A stretch of 63,157 nucleotides of DNA, counting the filler, from Octopus bimaculoides (lineage: Eukaryota), in NCBI RefSeq assembly GCF_001194135.2. It is 8 parts of 6 records of this genome, joined end to end, with 100 filler letters (N's around TTAATTAATTAA, not from the genome) between each part and the next. Parts side by side here need not be neighbours in the genome. Positions count along the whole stretch, not along the records: positions 1 to 21,640 come from NC_068986.1; 7 more parts are not named here. One strand, 5' to 3'. The position numbers were made by a program, and so were the translations under genes. Of this stretch, positions 1 to 12,154 are shown one piece after another (position 1 is the first letter of the stretch; each line of letters begins with the position of its first letter). The notes below the pieces were generated by a model, which had not been told where the DNA came from, did no database searches, and worked only from the letters and a program-made list of their open reading frames with translations.

Positions 1-33
<33 letters not shown>

Positions 34-349
34 CAAGCATATATGGGTAGAGGACGTCACCAACGGTGCAAATAACATGAAACGTGTTTGTTTGCGTCAT
101 TACGTATCTATGTTAATATGATATAATACAATATAATATATTATATTATATTATATTATATTATATAAGCTTGTCCGCTTAGCCAGCGGGATGACATCGT
201 TTGAAAGCTATAGCAACGCAAAGAAGCACATTGTGACCATCGCTGTATAACCACATCCGATGGTCTGGTCTAAACAACGATAAAACAATAACGATATACA
301 TGCATAATATATGTAATATATTATACGTATATATATATAATATGATATA

Positions 350-384
<35 letters not shown>

Positions 385-1057
385 NNNNNNNNNNNNNNNN
401 NNNNNNNNNNNNNNNNNNNNNNNNNNNNNNNNNNNNNNNNNNNNNNNNNNNNNNNNNNNNNNNNNNNNNNNNNNNNNNNNNNNNNNNNNNNNNNNNNNNN
501 NNNNNNNNNNNNNNNNNNNNNNNNNNNNNNNNNNNNNNNNNNNNNNNNNNNNNNNNNNNNNNNNNNNNNNNNNNNNNNNNNNNNNNNNNNNNNNNNNNNN
601 NNNNNNNNNNNNNNNNNNNNNNNNNNNNNNNNNNNNNNNNNNNNNNNNNNNNNNNNNNNNNNNNNNNNNNNNNNNNNNNNNNNNNNNNNNNNNNNNNNNN
701 NNNNNNNNNNNNNNNNNNNNNNNNNNNNNNNNNNNNNNNNNNNNNNNNNNNNNNNNNNNNNNNNNNNNNNNNNNNNNNNNNNNNNNNNNNNNNNNNNNNN
801 NNNNNNNNNNNNNNNNNNNNNNNNNNNNNNNNNNNNNNNNNNNNNNNNNNNNNNNNNNNNNNNNNNNNNNNNNNNNNNNNNNNNNNNNNNNNNNNNNNNN
901 NNNNNNNNNNNNNNNNNNNNNNNNNNNNNNNNNNNNNNNNNNNNNNNNNNNNNNNNNNNNNNNNNNNNNNNNNNNNNNNNNNNNNNNNNNNNNNNNNNNN
1001 NNNNNNNNNNNNNNNNNNNNNNNNNNNNNNNNNNNNNNNNNNNNNNNNNNNNNNNNN

Positions 1058-1362
1058 AACGTGCAAGTGGTGGAGCACTCCATAGACACGTGCACCCTTA
1101 ACGTAGTTCTCGGGGATATTCAGCGTGACACAGTGTGACAAGGCTGACACTTTGAATTACAGGCATAACAGAAACAGGAAGAAAGAGAGAGAGAAAGTTG
1201 TGGTTAAAGAGTACAGCAGGGTTCGCCACCATACCCTGCGGGAGCCACGTGGAGCTTTAGGTGTTTTCGCTCAATGAACACGCACAACACCCGGTCTGGG
1301 AATCGAAACCACGATCCTATGACCGTGAGTCCGCTGCCCTAACCACTGGGTCATTGCGCCTC
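1058..1362 (-). mobile_element. tRNA-derived SINE with the same head as the 20497 copy and a different tail; truncated by a gap
   Basis: Reverse complement aggcgcaatgacccagtggttagggcagcggactc...ggtttcgattcccagaccggg. Confidence 0.88.
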
Positions 1363-1515
1363 TACTATATATATAAGCCTATAAGCACGAAAAAAGGAAA
1401 GTTACAAGCAAAGCTGACACTTAGGACCCTGAAAACAGAAGCATTTTGTTCATTATTATAGTAATACATTGCAAAGCTATTGTCACCATTTTTTTGAACG
1501 ACACACAACGAAATA

Positions 1516-1516
1516 A

Positions 1517-1578
<62 letters not shown>

Positions 1579-1590
1579 GAAAGAAAGGAA
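1516..1590 (+). repeat. (AAAG)n microsatellite
   Basis: Directly visible. Confidence 0.95.
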
Positions 1591-1981
1591 AATTGGTAAA
1601 AAAACAGGAAGTGTGCGAAGTTTGGTGTGAGTCGGTTTCAGCTTGAATGGTTATATATAGATTGCAATTGACAAGGGCCGGTAGGACAGTGTTAAGATGA
1701 TAAGTCAATACACGCCGAAAACACCTAACCACTCACAGTCACAGACAAGCGCATTCTCACATTGAAGCACTTTTCTGACCATCATACACACACACACACA
1801 CACACACAGAGACACACACACACACACACATTATTCAATAATAATAATAGTGACTGCTTACATATTTGTGCTACTTCTGTATATGAGTTTTTGTATACAT
1901 GTACGTTCATACAAACCACATCCACTCTCTCACACGTTTGTACCGAGACTCACATAGATACGCTGGTACATATATGCAATT

Positions 1982-3148
1982 AGACAGACAGGCAACCAGA
2001 CAGACAGGCAACCAGACAGACAGGCAACCAGACAGACAGGCAACCAGACAGACAGGTAACCAGACAGACAGGCAACCAGACAGACAGGCAACCAGACAGA
2101 CAGGCAACCAGACAGACAGGCAACCAGACAGACNNNNNNNNNNNNNNNNNNNNNNNNNNNNNNNNNNNNNNNNNNNNNNNNNNNNNNNNNNNNNNNNNNN
2201 NNNNNNNNNNNNNNNNNNNNNNNNNNNNNNNNNNNNNNNNNNNNNNNNNNNNNNNNNNNNNNNNNNNNNNNNNNNNNNNNNNNNNNNNNNNNNNNNNNNN
2301 NNNNNNNNNNNNNNNNNNNNNNNNNNNNNNNNNNNNNNNNNNNNNNNNNNNNNNNNNNNNNNNNNNNNNNNNNNNNNNNNNNNNNNNNNNNNNNNNNNNN
2401 NNNNNNNNNNNNNNNNNNNNNNNNNNNNNNNNNNNNNNNNNNNNNNNNNNNNNNNNNNNNNNNNNNNNNNNNNNNNNNNNNNNNNNNNNNNNNNNNNNNN
2501 NNNNNNNNNNNNNNNNNNNNNNNNNNNNNNNNNNNNNNNNNNNNNNNNNNNNNNNNNNNNNNNNNNNNNNNNNNNNNNNNNNNNNNNNNNNNNNNNNNNN
2601 NNNNNNNNNNNNNNNNNNNNNNNNNNNNNNNNNNNNNNNNNNNNNNNNNNNNNNNNNNNNNNNNNNNNNNNNNNNNNNNNNNNNNNNNNNNNNNNNNNNN
2701 NNNNNNNNNNNNNNNNNNNNNNNNNNNNNNNNNNNNNNNNNNNNNNNNNNNNNNNNNNNNNNNNNNNNNNNNNNNNNNNNNNNNNNNNNNNNNNNNNNNN
2801 NNNNNNNNNNNNNNNNNNNNNNNNNNNNNNNNNNNNNNNNNNNNNNNNNNNNNNNNNNNNNNNNNNNNNNNNNNNNNNNNNNNNNNNNNNNNNNNNNNNN
2901 NNNNNNNNNNNNNNNNNNNNNNNNNNNNNNNNNNNNNNNNNNNGGTAACCAGACAGACAGGTAACCACACAGACAGGAAACCAGACAGACAGGCAACCAG
3001 ACAGACAGGCAAGCAGACAGGCAACCAGACAGACAGGTAACCAGACAGACAGGTAACCAGACAGACAGGAAACCAGACAGACAGGCAACCAGACAGACAG
3101 GCAACCAGACAGACAGGCAACCAGACAGACAGGTAACCAGACAGACAG
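1982..3148 (+). repeat. 16-bp minisatellite (GGCAACCAGACAGACA)n, interrupted by a gap
   Basis: The tandem unit is directly visible on both sides of the N run 2134-2943, with GGTAACC and GGAAACC variants. Confidence 0.95.
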
Positions 3149-3719
3149 TTAGGTAGATAGATAGATAGATAGATAGATAGAGAGATAGATAGATAGATGG
3201 ATGGATAAATTGACTGATTGGTTGCTTGATTGATTGATTGGTAAATAGATTGACTGATAGATAGGTACACGCACGTGTTTTCTCTAGCACTATCCTCTCC
3301 TACATAATACATACACAATCTATCTCTATGTTACCCACACTCACATACACACGCGCGTGCGAGCACACACACATGCACACACATTACACATACGTACATA
3401 TTTGAAAATGTAAAAGAAATGCTCCAACGTTTTAGAAATAATACTACTATTTAAATGAAGACGAGAGTCGTGTTAAAAGTGTAACTTAATCAGTAAAATG
3501 TATGCATAAATATATGTATGTGAAGAAAGAGCTAGTTTCTAAGCTAGATCCAAAATTTCTTCATTGGAATTTCTATTATATCAACGAGCTACTTGCGCAT
3601 GTTTGTGTGCATGAGTGCAAATCTGTATATCCTGACATATGTATGCATACTTCTACATATAGCTGCAAGAATTGACATGTGCGTGTATATGTACTTATAT
3701 GTTGAACATTTGTAAATTC

Positions 3720-4205
3720 TTTCATACGTTGACAGTTCCATTGATGGCTTGTATCTGTAGTCTTCTAATTCGCTTTCACTTTGCTGGTTTTGAGAATCCT
3801 AATTTTGGTTGCTTATCCAAGGGATTCAATAATTGCCCGTATAACTTTAAACTTGTAGTCCGGCTGGAGTATCTCTGAATTCCCCAACAATTTAATGTAG
3901 GTATTTTCTTTTTTGCTAATCTGAAGCTTTATGTTGACATCTGCTGATCCCTGATTACTCTACATTTTGTTCTGTACTAAATCACTGTTTTCTTGTCTAT
4001 TATGTTTGCATTTATTGAGGCTTTCACGGGGCATTCCACCGGTACTCTTTCATATTATAAATATTAATAGTTATGATGTTTGCCACTCTGCGCACTCTTA
4101 TATCTTTGGTATTAGGACTATCCTGCTGAATGATTTCATTGTATATACAAATCACTATATAGTGATTTGGCCACATCATGTCCCATCTGTTAATAATAAC
4201 GCAAT
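3720..4205 (-). pseudogene. R4/Dong-type (restriction-like endonuclease) non-LTR retrotransposon, C-terminal fossil
   Basis: Minus-strand fragments HDVAKSLY, EYRWNAP, ADVNIKLQISKKENTYIKLL, QPDYKFKVI..II..LG fit the RLE domain of site-specific LINEs; frameshifted. Confidence 0.7.
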
Positions 4206-4530
4206 GACGTTTTAGGACAATTGTATATGCATGTATGATTAAATAATGGAATGAATGAATGAATGAATGAATGAATGAACGATTTTTTTCCTTCATAAAT
4301 GTCGAGTTCCTGGAATTTTTAAATATTGGGAAGTAGTGTGCATATATGTAGGTACATGTATGGATAAACTTGTAGTGATATAATGATTGCGCTTGCATTT
4401 CAGTACTTGAGTACGTGTATATATTTCGTTATTGTATATGGATGTGTCTACTATATGCATATATGATTGTGAACATATATTTAATCCATATTTAAGATCC
4501 AGAGACCTCAAATTAAGAGCACGTGAAATG

Positions 4531-4732
4531 TTTACTCTTTTACTTGTTTCAGTCATTTGACTGCGGCCATGCTGGAGCACCACCTTTAGTTGAGCAAATC
4601 GACCCCAGAACTTATTCTTTGTAAGCCTAGTCCTTGTTCTATCGGTCTCTTATGCCGAACCGCTAAGTTACGGGGACGTAAACACACCAGCATCGGTTGT
4701 CAAGCGATGTTGGGGGGACAAACACAGACACA

Positions 4733-4808
<76 letters not shown>

Positions 4809-4976
4809 TACGACGGGCTTCTTTCAGTTTCCGTCTACCAAATCCACTCACAAGGCTTTGGTCGGCCCGAAGCTATAGTAGAAGACACTTGCCCAAGGTG
4901 CCACGCAGTCGGACTGAACCCGGAACCATGTGGTTGGTAAGCAAGCTACTTACCACACAGCCACTCCTGCACCTAT
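4531..4976 (-). mobile_element. Full-length copy of the dominant SINE family ('family A') with internal (CA)n(TA)n
   Basis: Head (reverse complement) ggagtggctgtgtggtaagtagcttgcttaccaaccacatggttccgggttcagtcc; tail ...gcagtcaaatgactgaaacaagtaaaaga. Confidence 0.9.
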
Positions 4977-5694
4977 ACTTTTGCTGTACTACTAATAACT
5001 ATCTGGAAGATGCAAATCAGTTTACTTATATCTTGGAGAACCGAGCACTTTTAGGCATATATGCAAATCCGCCCAGTGCCTCTACGAGAATAAGTACCAG
5101 TAAAAATCTGTAGCTTGGCTATAAGAATCTGAGCTTTTTATTATTACCCTATAGATGTATTTTATTCTCATTTTAGATGAGACATTCACATCTACTGGGC
5201 AGCTTACCTCTACAACAGTGCAACATTTTTATTTCCTATCTCACACTGGTAGTGGTGGTGGTGGTAGCAGCCGTGACGGTATTATGTTGTTGGTTGTAGG
5301 AACGGAGGCGATGTTACCTACAATATGACGACGACCACCACCACTACTAAACCATCACCATAACCATTAGATAGTAGTAGTCATGTGGTGTAGATGCCGT
5401 GTTGTCATTATTGCTGTTGATTAGCTTCAGGACAGTGAGCATTCAACGATAGTTTGAGGAATATTTCTCTACTATTTCTAGCAAGACTTGCTTTGGTGCA
5501 TATGGTAATTATGAATGCCGGCAGGTGGAGACTGGTTCCACATCTGATTGATTGAATGTAAAACAACAAAATTCTAGAATTTATTTATAACTTATTTATT
5601 TCTCCGGAAAATGATTATAATTTTTGTAATCAGTATGAAAATTTACATATCTGTTGTCTTTTTATTTAATTCAATCATTGAATAATAATCTTGC

Positions 5695-5826
5695 AGGTTA
5701 CCTCCTTGAAGGGTTAGTCGGAGAAATTACTTGTCTGTAAGTCTTCTACTTGCTTCATAGGGTACTTTGCCGAACTGCTAGGTTACGAGGACGTGAAGAA
5801 ACTAACACCAGTTGTCAAGCGGTAGA

Positions 5827-5862
<36 letters not shown>

Positions 5863-6050
5863 ATAAACACACACACACTCTCACACACACATTCGGTGGG
5901 CTAGCACAGTTCCAGTCGACTTAATTCATTTACAAAGCATTGTCGGCTCGCAGCTACAGTTGAAGACACATGCCCAACATCCGGTGTAGTGAAACTAAAT
6001 CAGAAACCACCCGACTGCAACGCGAGTTTCTTAACCACACAGCCATGTCT
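5695..6050 (-). mobile_element. Older family A SINE
   Basis: Diverged match to 4531-4976 with internal (CA)n. Confidence 0.75.
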
Positions 6051-7530
6051 GTTGAATTTTTTGAAAAATTCAGATCTGGTATGTCAGACCGAAAACCAAA
6101 ACCGCAACCTATCACCGCATCACTAATATTTACCAGATCGATCTGCATGATCGATCAGCCAGAAACAACAAATTTTCTGCAAATCAAATCTTATCATTTC
6201 AAACAAAGACACATCAGATAACGTAGTCCAGATATACTGTCATAAGATAATTAAGACTGGAAAGACTTTGATCACGGGTCACGTCGATCAGGTTTGACCA
6301 AGGGTTAAACAACAATAACAACAATAGTTAATATGGAAATCGTTTGGAAATCGTTAGGCGTGTGTTTATAAGTTGCCTTCATTTTGTTTTGATTTTGCCT
6401 TTTGATGACGTTAGGCTCTGATCGATATTTGATCGCTTAATCTGTTTATCGATATTCTAACACCGAAAGTAACGACCTCTGCTAATTCTTTCAGATTATT
6501 TTTGAGACAATTAAATCTAGTTCTTTTCATTAATAGTCTTTTCAGCAATTCGTTAGAATCGTATTTTTTTTTACACGCATTAAAACGCAATATATAAAGG
6601 CGAATAGGAACATACACTTATACCCATATATATAAAGACACAGCTAAACATACATACCGTTCATTTCAATTACTTGTCGCATAAAAAGCAATAGTTAAAC
6701 ATATATTGTAACAATAACGGCGAAGAAATTACGCCATCATATCTCCAACTCAACCCCTGAAAAGGCGAAAAGAACGTAAAGTTTAAATAAACCCTGTATT
6801 TCCTACCGTACAATTTGTTGTGGAACAGTAACTACATTAAAGTAATTAATATTAAGAAGGCTTTCGCAGGTTCTAANNNNNNNNNNNNNNNNNNNNNNNN
6901 NNNNNNNNNNNNNNNNNNNNNNNNNNNNNNNNNNNNNNNNNNNNNNNNNNNNNNNNNNNNNNNNNNNNNNNNNNNNNNNNNNNNNNNNNNNNNNNNNNNN
7001 NNNNNNNNNNNNNNNNNNNNNNNNNNNNNNNNNNNNNNNNNNNNNNNNNNNNNNNNNNNNNNNNNNNNNNNNNNNNNNNNNNNNNNNNNNNNNNNNNNNN
7101 NNNNNNNNNNNNNNNNNNNNNNNNNNATATATATATATATATATATATACAAGAGTTAAGGAATGGACTAGATGAAATCCAGGCTACATATGTTTCATAT
7201 CGAGCCGAATCCCTTTGGGTCAAGGGTATCTTGATTATATGAAGTTTACTTTGTCGTTACGAGGCCTGTGTTAACACATGGAAGATTCGATATATGCGCG
7301 CGTGTACATATATATACATACATATGAGAGGTATTGGTATCCAGAAGACCCAAGGTGGTACGTAACGCTATGTAAGTGGAATGGAAGGACCGTAGTTAAA
7401 CTCTCGGTTCGATAATGATTCGAGTGAGGAGTCTAATGTAGGTTTTGTATGAACGTGTGTATGTTAAATAAAATGAGACAACAAAGCCAAGGGTGTGTGG
7501 AATTTTCAGGACATTTATAAAGAGAAAGTT

Positions 7531-7580
7531 GGTCGTACAGCTGTTTCTGGGATATTAGGGATATCCCTTCATCAGAGACG
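7531..7580 (-). ncRNA. Hammerhead-ribozyme-like motif (type I, minimal stem III)
   Basis: Minus strand CGUCU-CUGAUGA-A-GGGAUAU-CCCUA-AUAUCCC-A-GAAA-C-AGCU-G-UA-CGACC. 7-bp stem II, palindromic stem III, GUA cleavage triplet; stem I only partly paired. Confidence 0.6.
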
Positions 7581-7688
7581 ATGTGTGATGGTTAAATAGG
7601 GGTTATTTTGGATAAGGAAGCAAATAAGGAGTATATTTCCCTATATACTCCTTTCTTGTTTCCTTGGCTTTGTTGTATCATTTCATTT

Positions 7689-7720
<32 letters not shown>

Positions 7721-8311
7721 NNNNNNNNNNNNNNNNNNNNNNNNNNNNNNNNNNNNNNNNNNNNNNNNNNNNNNNNNNNNNNNNNNNNNNNNNNNNNNNN
7801 NNNNNNNNNNNNNNNNNNNNNNNNNNNNNNNNNNNNNNNNNNNNNNNNNNNNNNNNNNNNNNNNNNNNNNNNNNNNNNNNNNNNNNNNNNNNNNNNNNNN
7901 NNNNNNNNNNNNNNNNNNNNNNNNNNNNNNNNNNNNNNNNNNNNNNNNNNNNNNNNNNNNNNNNNNNNNNNNNNNNNNNNNNNNNNNNNNNNNNNNNNNN
8001 NNNNNNNNNNNNNNNNNNNNNNNNNNNNNNNNNNNNNNNNNNNNNNNNNNNNNNNNNNNNNNNNNNNNNNNNNNNNNNNNNATAGAGGCAAACTGTGTGA
8101 AAGAACATGCATCTGTGTTTGCCCTTGTCCGTGCCAGTTAACAAAAGGTGTTGGTTTGTTTGTGTCCGCATAACTTAGCGGTTCGGCACAGAGATCGGTA
8201 ATATAAGTACAAAACTTAAAAGATAAGTACTGGATCCGATGTGTCGATTAAAACCCTTCAAGGAGGTGTCCAAGCACGGCTGCAGTTCAATAGCTGAAGC
8301 AGTAAAAGCTG

Positions 8312-8357
<46 letters not shown>

Positions 8358-10108
8358 TGTATTTCTCCACCGGCCATCGCTATTTCAACAAAAATCCTTA
8401 AGTAAGGTGGAGTCTATAGTTTGCTGTCGAGATCTAATTAGAGTAGAACCTACTCAGTGTTGTCATCCATGCTTCTGAAATAAGCAAAATAATATTAGTT
8501 TTTGAGTAATATTATTTTGTTTACCACATTTGTTTATGTATTGCTCCATCCACTAATTTTAGTAACATTATCTTGGCAATGATTAATACTATATTTAGCA
8601 ATCATATTTAGCACCCACTTAACTATAATTAACTGAAAGTCAACTACATATTTTTATTTATCATATACTTATTTTTAAGTTAAATTGTTTTCTTTTGTTT
8701 GTTTGTTGCTGTAGTCAAGGTAATTCAGTTTCGAGTTGCCGCCCATGCTTATCATGGGAGGATTTAAAAACTGATTTTTGATTAATAGAATCCGTCTTAC
8801 TCTATTTATTATGCTAGTGTAGATTTTACTTGTATTGGTTCGAATAGTAAAAATTATTGTACAGTTGTATGTTCTGGGTGATCTAAGTGAGTACTGTATA
8901 CGCACTGAAAATGTTAAAGATTCTTTTTATAAGTATTCAATTCTCGCAGAATCATGATATTATCTGGCCATAATTTGTTTTTAAATGTAACAAATCAAAT
9001 CTAGAGAGAAAGATTAAAACAAGTTATTGTCATATCGCGTATAGAAATATTTTAAAGTTTGCATTACATGTGCCAGAGCAATGAATTTAACACGTTAGCA
9101 CCTGGTCTTCGTACATTTTATCAGTTAACTAAAGACTTCACTTTACTTCCTGTACTTGCTGATGTAGTTATGATTGGTGGCGAAATACAGAGATGCTTAT
9201 AGAACGAATTACTCTTAGAAACCTTAGTGTTCAGCAGTACGAAACAGCTAACTGTATATATATATANNNNNNNNNNNNNNNNNNNNNNNNNNNNNNNNNN
9301 NNNNNNNNNNNNNNNNNNNNNNNNNNNNNNNNNNNNNNNNNNNNNNNNNNNNNNNNNNNNNNNNNNNNNNNNNNNNNNNNNNNNNNNNNNNNNNNNNNNN
9401 NNNNNNNNNNNNNNNNNNNNNNNNNNNNNNNNNNNNNNNNNNNNNNNNNNNNNNNNNNNNNNNNNNNNNNNNNNNNNNNNNNNNNNNNNNNNNNNNNNNN
9501 NNNNNNNNNNNNNNNNNNNNNNNNNNNNNNNNNNNNNNNNNNNNNNNNNNNNNNNNNNNNNNNNNNNNNNNNNNNNNNNNNNNNNNNNNNNNNNNNNNNN
9601 NNNNNNNNNNNNNNNNNNNNNNNNNNNNNNNNNNNNNNNNNNNNNNNNNNNNNNNNNNNNNNNNNNNNNNNNNNNNNNNNNNNNNNNNNNNNNNNNNNNN
9701 NNNNNNNNNNNNNNNNNNNNNNNNNNNNNNNNNNNNNNNNNNNNNNNNNNNNNNNNNNNNNNNNNNNNNNNNNNNNNNNNNNNNNNNNNNNNNNNNNNNN
9801 NNNNNNNNNNNNNNNNNNNNNNNNNNNNNNNNNNNNNNNNNNNNNNNNNNNNNNNNNNNNNNNNNNNNNNNNNNNNNNNNNNNNNNNNNNNNNNNNNNNN
9901 NNNNNNNNNNNNNNNNNNNNNNNNNNNNNNNNNNNNNNNNNNNNNNNNNNNNNNNNNNNNNNNNNNNNNNNNNNNNNNNNNNNNNNNNNNNNNNNNNNNN
10001 NNNNNNNNNNNNNNNNNNNNNNNNNNNNNNNNNNNNNNNNNNNNNNNNNNNNNNNNNNNNNNNNNNNNNNNNNNNNNNNNNNNNNNNNNNNNNNNNNNNN
10101 NNNNNNNN

Positions 10109-10141
<33 letters not shown>

Positions 10142-11557
10142 ATATAAGCTTTTACCTGTTTCAGACATCGGACTGCGGCCATACTTCGGTTTCACTTTGA
10201 AGGGCTTTAGTCGAATAAATCGACTCCAGTACTTGTTCTGTCGGTCTCTATTGCCGAACCATTTAGTTATGAGGAACCAAACAACCCACCAGTTTTCCTC
10301 AATCGGCGTGATTTGAAAACCTTGACTAGGGCAGGGACGACAAAACGCGAAGGAGTACAACTGCATCGATTGTGATTTTATCTTTTCGCCCAGTTGTACT
10401 TACCCAGTACAATTGAGTGAGAAGATTCAAATCCCAACCTCATACTCCGTAATTCGGTATTTTATCGACAGGGTAGTATTGTATTACTTTCTATATACAT
10501 TACTTCTTGTTAATAAATATCTATATTAGATTACCCTTCAAGCCTTACAGTGTACATTATCTGTCATATTAGCCTTCAATCAGTACAGAATATTTTATTT
10601 ACTTCTATTATGTCAGTCTTCAGCCATTACCGTGGATCTTATGTCTATCATAGCGTCATTCTCTAATTTATACCTATCATACTAATAGTCAGTCTATACA
10701 GAATATGCTGCATATATCATTTTGTCTATCAACCAGTATAGAGTATCTTAAATGTATAGTAGAGCTGTTAGTCAGTACACAGAACCTTGATTCAATCAAT
10801 ATGTAAGGTCTGTATCTTAACACTAACCTCACTGCAATAGCATTATCACGTAACTACAACATGCCAAAACATAGATGCATCATTAAGAATTCATAACTTC
10901 AATATAACAGCTTGCCAGTAAATTTCATAAAATATGACTAACAACTTTAGCGTATGTTTTAACACTTAGAAACCTTAAGTATGCTTTAGCGAGCGCGATT
11001 CTGTTTCATTATATTCCTCGACAACACAAAAGCGAGTAACAACGTAGCTTTGGGTTTACAGCAGAAAATAACGATACTTCTGTCAATTAGTAAAGGCGTA
11101 AACACAAAAACGAATGTTGTCTCTGCGTTTTGCGTCTTCCAGGAGTTACTTTTATCTCTACAAAACCATGGCCCCCAAATCGAATTCGCAGAATCAAAGG
11201 ATTGAAACATCATCATGTAATTTAAAATTTTACCGTGTAATTTAAAACTAATCCCTACACTGTAACTCAGCCATCTTTTAAGTTATATCACTACGTAATC
11301 ACGTTCCTTATACGCTGTTGTAATTAACATGCACATGTAAAAGCGGCGTTTGGAAAAGTCAGAAGAGCAATGGACAAAATCTTTTCTGATATTTATATAC
11401 TTCCCTTGGTAACTACTGTACATCCACGTCTAAATATGTATGACCTAGCTTAGTCACAGGGGTAAGTTATACTAAAACTGAGTATACACACGCACGCGCG
11501 CGCTCACACACACACAAACATATACACATATACATGTATGTATATGTGTGTGTCTTA

Positions 11558-11597
<40 letters not shown>

Positions 11598-12154
11598 GAT
11601 ATATATATATGTGTTTTAATATTTTATCTGTGGATAAATAAAACGTTAACTCTTATGACGGGGAAGCAGTACATATATATATATATATATATATATATTA
11701 CTAATCTTATACATTTGTCCCAAATGCTTGCATCAAAATGACATTAGTAGAATCGGTAGAGCACCAAATAAAACCTTTTGTGATATTTAGCTTCTTTCCT
11801 TCCATCCTACAAATAGTACTCCTCTGTCTATGTAAGTAATTAATATTATCATAAAAATGATAAAGTTAGCATTACTAAGATCATTATCACACCGTACCTA
11901 CATTGATATAATCAATGTATTCATACATTATAATTGAAACAAGTCTAATTTTGACTCTAATCATTAATATTGAAATGTTATTTCTTATATTCCCACTTGC
12001 CTTTTCTCGTTCATTTTTTTCCTCTTTTTCTCTCTTCATCTCTTACTGTCATCATCATCATCATCATTATCATCATCATTATCATCATCATTATAATCAT
12101 CAGCATCATCATCATCATCACTTATTATCACTGTTATATTAATAATAATAATTA

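Noticed and set aside
1982-3148. CRISPR-like array
   Set aside because: Head-to-tail 16-bp units with no unique spacers, in a eukaryotic context with no cas genes.
208-10366. Long ORFs of 100-460 aa in the track (also near 14.7k, 47k, 48k and 51.7k)
   Set aside because: They consist of X from N gaps plus YI, HT, CV or CLSV microsatellite translations.
10500-10800. Degenerate recurrence of cagta.agaatat
   Set aside because: No consistent period could be established by eye; probably old low-complexity sequence.
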